A stretch of 64,000 nt of DNA from Macrostomum lignano. Its lineage: Eukaryota. A program made the position numbers and the translations under genes. A model generated the notes under the pieces. It was given only the letters and a program-made list of their open reading frames with translations, had not been told where the DNA came from and ran no database searches. The stretch lies in the NCBI GenBank assembly GCA_002269645.1, contig NIVC01001989.1:124001-188000 (forward strand). Direction: 5' to 3'. This document shows positions 60,201 through 64,000 of the stretch, piece by piece (the first letter of the stretch is position 1; every line of letters begins with the position of its first letter).

Positions 60201-61810
60201 TTCAGCAAACAAACATCCTGCAAACAAGCATCCTGCAAGCAAACATCCTGCAAGCAAACATCCTGCAAACAAACATCCTGCAAACAAGCATCCTGCAAAC
60301 AAACATCCTGCAAGCAAACATCCTGCAAACAAACATCCTGCAAGCAAACATCCTGCAAACAAACATCCTGCAAACAAACATCCTGCAAGCAAACATCCTG
60401 CAAACAAGCATCCTGCAAGCAAACATCCTGCAAACAAACATCCTGCAAGCAAACATCCTGCAAGCAAACATCCTGCAAGCAAACATCCTGCAAGCAAACT
60501 TCCAGCAAGCAAACATCCTGCAAGCAAACATCCTGCAAGCAAACATCCTGCAAGCAAACTTCCAGCAAGCAAACATACTGCAAGCAAACATCCTGCAAGC
60601 AAACATCCTGCAAACAAACATCCTGCAAGCAAACTTCCTGCAAGTAAACATCCTGCAAGCAAACATCCTGCAAGCAAACTTCCAGCAAGCAAACATACTG
60701 CAAGCAAACATCCTGCAAGCAAACATCCTGCAAACAAACATCCTGCAAGCAAACTTCCAGCAAGCAAACATCCTGCAAACAAACATCCTGCAAGCAAACT
60801 TCCTGCAAGCAAACATCCTGCAAGCAAACATCCTGCAAGCAAACTTCCAGCAAGCAAACATACTGCAAGCAAACATCCTGCAAGCAAACATCCTGCAAGC
60901 AAACATCCTGCAAACAAACATCCTGCAAGCAAACTTCCTGCAAGCAAACATCCTGCAAACAAACATCCTGCAAGCAAACATCCTGCAAGCAAACATCCTG
61001 CAAGCAAACATCCTGCAAGCAAACTTCCAGCAAGCAAACATACTGCAAGCAAACATCCTGCAAGCAAACATCCTGCAAACAAACATCCTGCAAGCAAACT
61101 TCCAGCAAGCAAACATCCTGCAAACAAACATCTGGCTCTCATAAGAAACTAATAAATGTTTCGCCCCTTTTGCTGGCAAGTATGCCACGAATTGTGAGCT
61201 TGTCCTTACTAACAAGAATATCTTAAACCGTTATTAATTTACTGCAACTCACAAACTTGAAATTGCCCACGAGTGGTTGGAGGCTGCACAGCGGAGTCTT
61301 CAGAGTCTGGCAGGGCAGGCAGGCCACCAGCATGGTGCCAGGCCGAAGGCGGTCCAGGCCGACCGCTGAACAGACCGACTGGCTGCTGCGGCTGACCAGC
61401 TGAACAGCTGCATCATCTGAGAGAGAGAGAGCGCGCACACAGCGCAGTTGATTAGCGGACTCATCATCATATTCTTTTGAATTCTTTACTCGCCCATTAC
61501 TTAATATGTTTTCAATTATCACTTCGGTCCCCTGGCCATTCCACTCTCTCACTCGGTGCCATTCCCTCTTCTCTCACTCGGTGCCATTCCCTCTTCTCTC
61601 ACTCGGTGCCATTCCCTCTTCTCTCACTCGGTGCCATTCCCTCTTCTCTCACTCGGTGCCATTCCCTCTTCTCTCACTCGGTGCCATTCCCTCTGGTGGA
61701 TACAAGGGAAAGTTGCCACGCGATGACATGACCTCTTTGCAATCACTGGTAACTGGCTTACCAAAATTGATTTTTAATCCAGCGAACTCCAGCCGCTTAT
61801 CAGTTTCATT
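54240..61810 (-). CDS. Multi-Ig-domain single-pass receptor with tandem tyrosine-motif tail (3' part); exons 61678..61810, 61253..61416, 59134..59263, ~57872..58047, 55296..55431, 54240..55057
   Basis: Exons alternate phase 0-1 and 1-0, as half-Ig exons do. The three phase 0-1 exons (133, 130, 136 nt) each place a Cys at codon 24. First-half exons read VCSAVG..P and VTFSTEPAFPRP. The last exon encodes the TM FLTSFILGSLLVFSGLCVSFRLLCCRR and 8 x 20-aa (VVEDEYDLLASASTPATHVG) repeats plus EYDE-stop. The exon at 57872 has an uncertain donor; the 5' end lies outside the window. Confidence 0.7.
54250..54752 (-). repeat. Coding 60-bp tandem repeat (tyrosine-motif units)
   Basis: Sequence lines 54301-54720 repeat at 60 bp, in frame and without stops on the minus strand. 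Confidence 0.9.
56700..57150. repeat. 33-bp minisatellite
   Basis: (CTGAGGAAGGGTAGCTGTGGTGCACTGTCGGAC)n. Confidence 0.9.
58295..58740. mobile_element. Mutator-like MITE with about 100-bp imperfect TIRs
   Basis: Ends GGGTCCACGAGATT and ATTCTCGTGCTCCC. Internal arms GATTTGCCCGCAATGC...AGTCTTATTAAAGA and their inverse. Flanks GAACAGACA and GAACAGAAT resemble a 9-bp TSD (7/9). Confidence 0.7.
58815..59030. repeat. Inverted copy of the 33-bp minisatellite
   Basis: (CAGCTACCCTTCCTCAGGTCCGACAGTGCACCA)n is the reverse complement of the 56700-57150 unit. Confidence 0.88.
59505..61135. repeat. 15-bp minisatellite, about 1.6 kb, intronic
   Basis: (CAAGCAAACATCCTG)n. Confidence 0.95.
61525..61695. repeat. 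25-bp minisatellite overlapping a splice donor
   Basis: (CACTCGGTGCCATTCCCTCTTCTCT)n; each unit reads CCGA|GTGAGA on the minus strand. Confidence 0.85.
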
Positions 61811-61904
61811 CTGCACAAATCTTCTCAGAAGAATAAAGCGAGTCGGCTGCAAATATTGATTTAAATTAAGGTTACGCATTTAGATTGATAGTTCTGAAGT
61901 TAAC

Positions 61905-63985
61905 GGGATGGGACCTGTGGAATGGGATCGGGATGGGACCTGTGGAATGGGATCGGGATGGGACCTGTGGAATGGGACCGGGATGGGACCTGTGGAATGG
62001 GACCGGGATTGAACCTGTGGAATGGGACCTGGAGATGGAACCCTGTGGAATGGGACCTGGAGATGGAACCCTGTGGAATGGGACCTGGAGATGGAACCCT
62101 GTGGAATGGGACCGGGATGGGACCTGTGGAATGGGACCGGGATGGGACCTGTGGAATGGGACCTGGAGATGGAACCCTGTGGAATGGGACCTGGAGATGG
62201 AACCCTGTGGAATGGGACCTGGAGATGGAACCCTGTGGAATGGGATCGGGATGGGACCTGTGGAATGGGATCGGGATGGGACGGGGATGGACCGGGAGGG
62301 GACCTGTGGAATGGGACCTGGAGATGGAACCCTGTGGAATGGGACCTGGAGATGGAACCCTGTGGAATGGGACCTGGAGATGGAACCCTGTGGAATGGGA
62401 CCTGGAGATGGAACCCTGTGGAATGGGATCGGGATGGGACCTGTGGAATGGGACCGGGATGGGACCTGTGGAATGGGACCGGGATGGGACCTGTGGAATG
62501 CGACCGGGATGGGACCTGTGGAATGGGACCTGGAGATGGAACCCTGTGGAATGGGACCTGGAGATGGAACCCTGTGGAATGGGATCGGGATGGGACCTGT
62601 GGAATGGGATCGGGATGGGACCTGTGGAATGGGATCGGGATGGGACCTGTGGAATGGGATCGGGATGGGACCTGTGGAATGGGATCGGGATGGGACCTGT
62701 GGAATGGGACCTGTGGAATGGGACCGGGATGGGACCTGTGGAATGGGACCTGGAGATGGAACCCTGTGGAATGGGACCTGGAGATGGAACCCTGTGGAAT
62801 GGGACCTGGAGATGGAACCCTGTGGAATGGGATCGGGATGGGACCTGTGGAATGGGATCGGGATGGGACGGGGATGGACCGGGAGGGGACCTGTGGAATG
62901 GGACCTGGAGATGGAACCCTGTGGAATGGGACCTGGAGATGGAACCCTGTGGAATGGGACCTGGAGATGGAACCCTGTGGAATGGGACCTGGAGATGGAA
63001 CCCTGTGGAATGGGACCTGGAGATGGAACCCTGTGGAATGGGACCTGGAGATGGAACCCTGTGGAATGGGATCGGGATGGGACCTGTGGAATGGGACCGG
63101 GATGGGACCTGTGGAATGGGACCGGGATGGGACCTGTGGAATGGGACCGGGATGGGACCTGTGGAATGGGACCTGGAGATGGAACCCTGTGGAATGGGAC
63201 CTGGAGATGGAACCCTGTGGAATGGGATCGGGATGGGACCTGTGGAATGGGATCGGGATGGGACCTGTGGAATGGGATCGGGATGGGACCTGTGGAATGG
63301 GATCGGGATGGGACCTGTGGAATGGGATCGGGATGGGACCTGTGGAATGGGATCGGGATGGGACCTGTGGAATGGGATCGGGATGGGACCTGTGGAATGG
63401 GATCGGGATGGGACCTGTGGAATGGGACCTGTGGAATGGGACCTGTGGAATGGGACCTGTGGAATGGGACCGGGATGGGACCTGTGGAATGGGACCTGGA
63501 GATGGAACCCTGTGGAATGGGACCTGGAGATGGAACCCTGTGGAATGGGATCGGGATGGGACCTGTGGAATGGGACCGGGAGGGGACCTGTGGAATGGGA
63601 CCTGGAGATGGAACCCTGTGGAATGGGACCTGGAGATGGAACCCTGTGGAATGGGATCGGGATGGGACCTGTGGAATGGGACCGGGAGGGGACCTGTGGA
63701 ATGGGACCTGGAGATGGAACCCTGTGGAATGGGACCTGGAGATGGAACCCTGTGGAATGGGATCGGGATGGGACCTGTGGAATGGGACCGGGATGGGACC
63801 TGTGGAATGGGACCGGGATTTGACCTGTGAAATGGGATCGGGATGGGACCTGTGGAATGGGATCGGGATGGGACCTGTGGAATGGGATCGGGATGGGACC
63901 TGTGGAATGGGATCGGGATGGGACCTGTGGAATGGGACCTGTGGAATGGGACCGGGATGGGACCTGTGGAATGGGACCGGGATTG
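61905..63985. repeat. G-rich composite satellite of 25-bp and 28-bp units
   Basis: GGGACCTGTGGAATGGGATCGGGAT interleaved with GGGACCTGGAGATGGAACCCTGTGGAAT. Confidence 0.95.
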
Positions 63986-64000
63986 GTCCTCTTGAGTGTA

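Noticed and set aside
59379-63830. Long ORFs of 190-630 aa (CLLAG, QDVCL, GMGP..WDL repeats)
   Set aside because: They are translations of 15-bp and 25/28-bp satellites, open in several frames on both strands, and lie in introns of the Ig receptor.

Overview
Eukaryotic, intron-rich, repeat-dense window. The GC-rich exons, CAG-rich coding sequence and a minisatellite in most introns suggest a free-living flatworm such as Macrostomum lignano (inference). Spliced genes reconstructed by hand: an ASAP-like ArfGAP N-terminus (minus, 4 exons, apparent frameshift), a complete POGLUT2/3 (KDELC) gene ending in RDEL, a 9-exon Dishevelled, a 2-exon peptide-type class A GPCR with degenerate DRY and NPxxY motifs, and the 3' part of an unrecognised multi-Ig single-pass receptor whose tail carries 8 tandem 20-aa acidic YDxL repeats plus a terminal EYDE. 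Mobile DNA: a Ty3/Gypsy LTR element with near-identical LTRs, a TSD and a broken interior, two tRNA-derived SINEs, and several MITE-like elements. One MITE-like element and a nearby relative carry an ungapped 28S rRNA H69-H71-like segment that is altered at the R2/I-PpoI cleavage site. About 20 distinct tandem arrays explain most long ORFs in the supplied track. No CRISPR array and no intact rRNA or tRNA gene.
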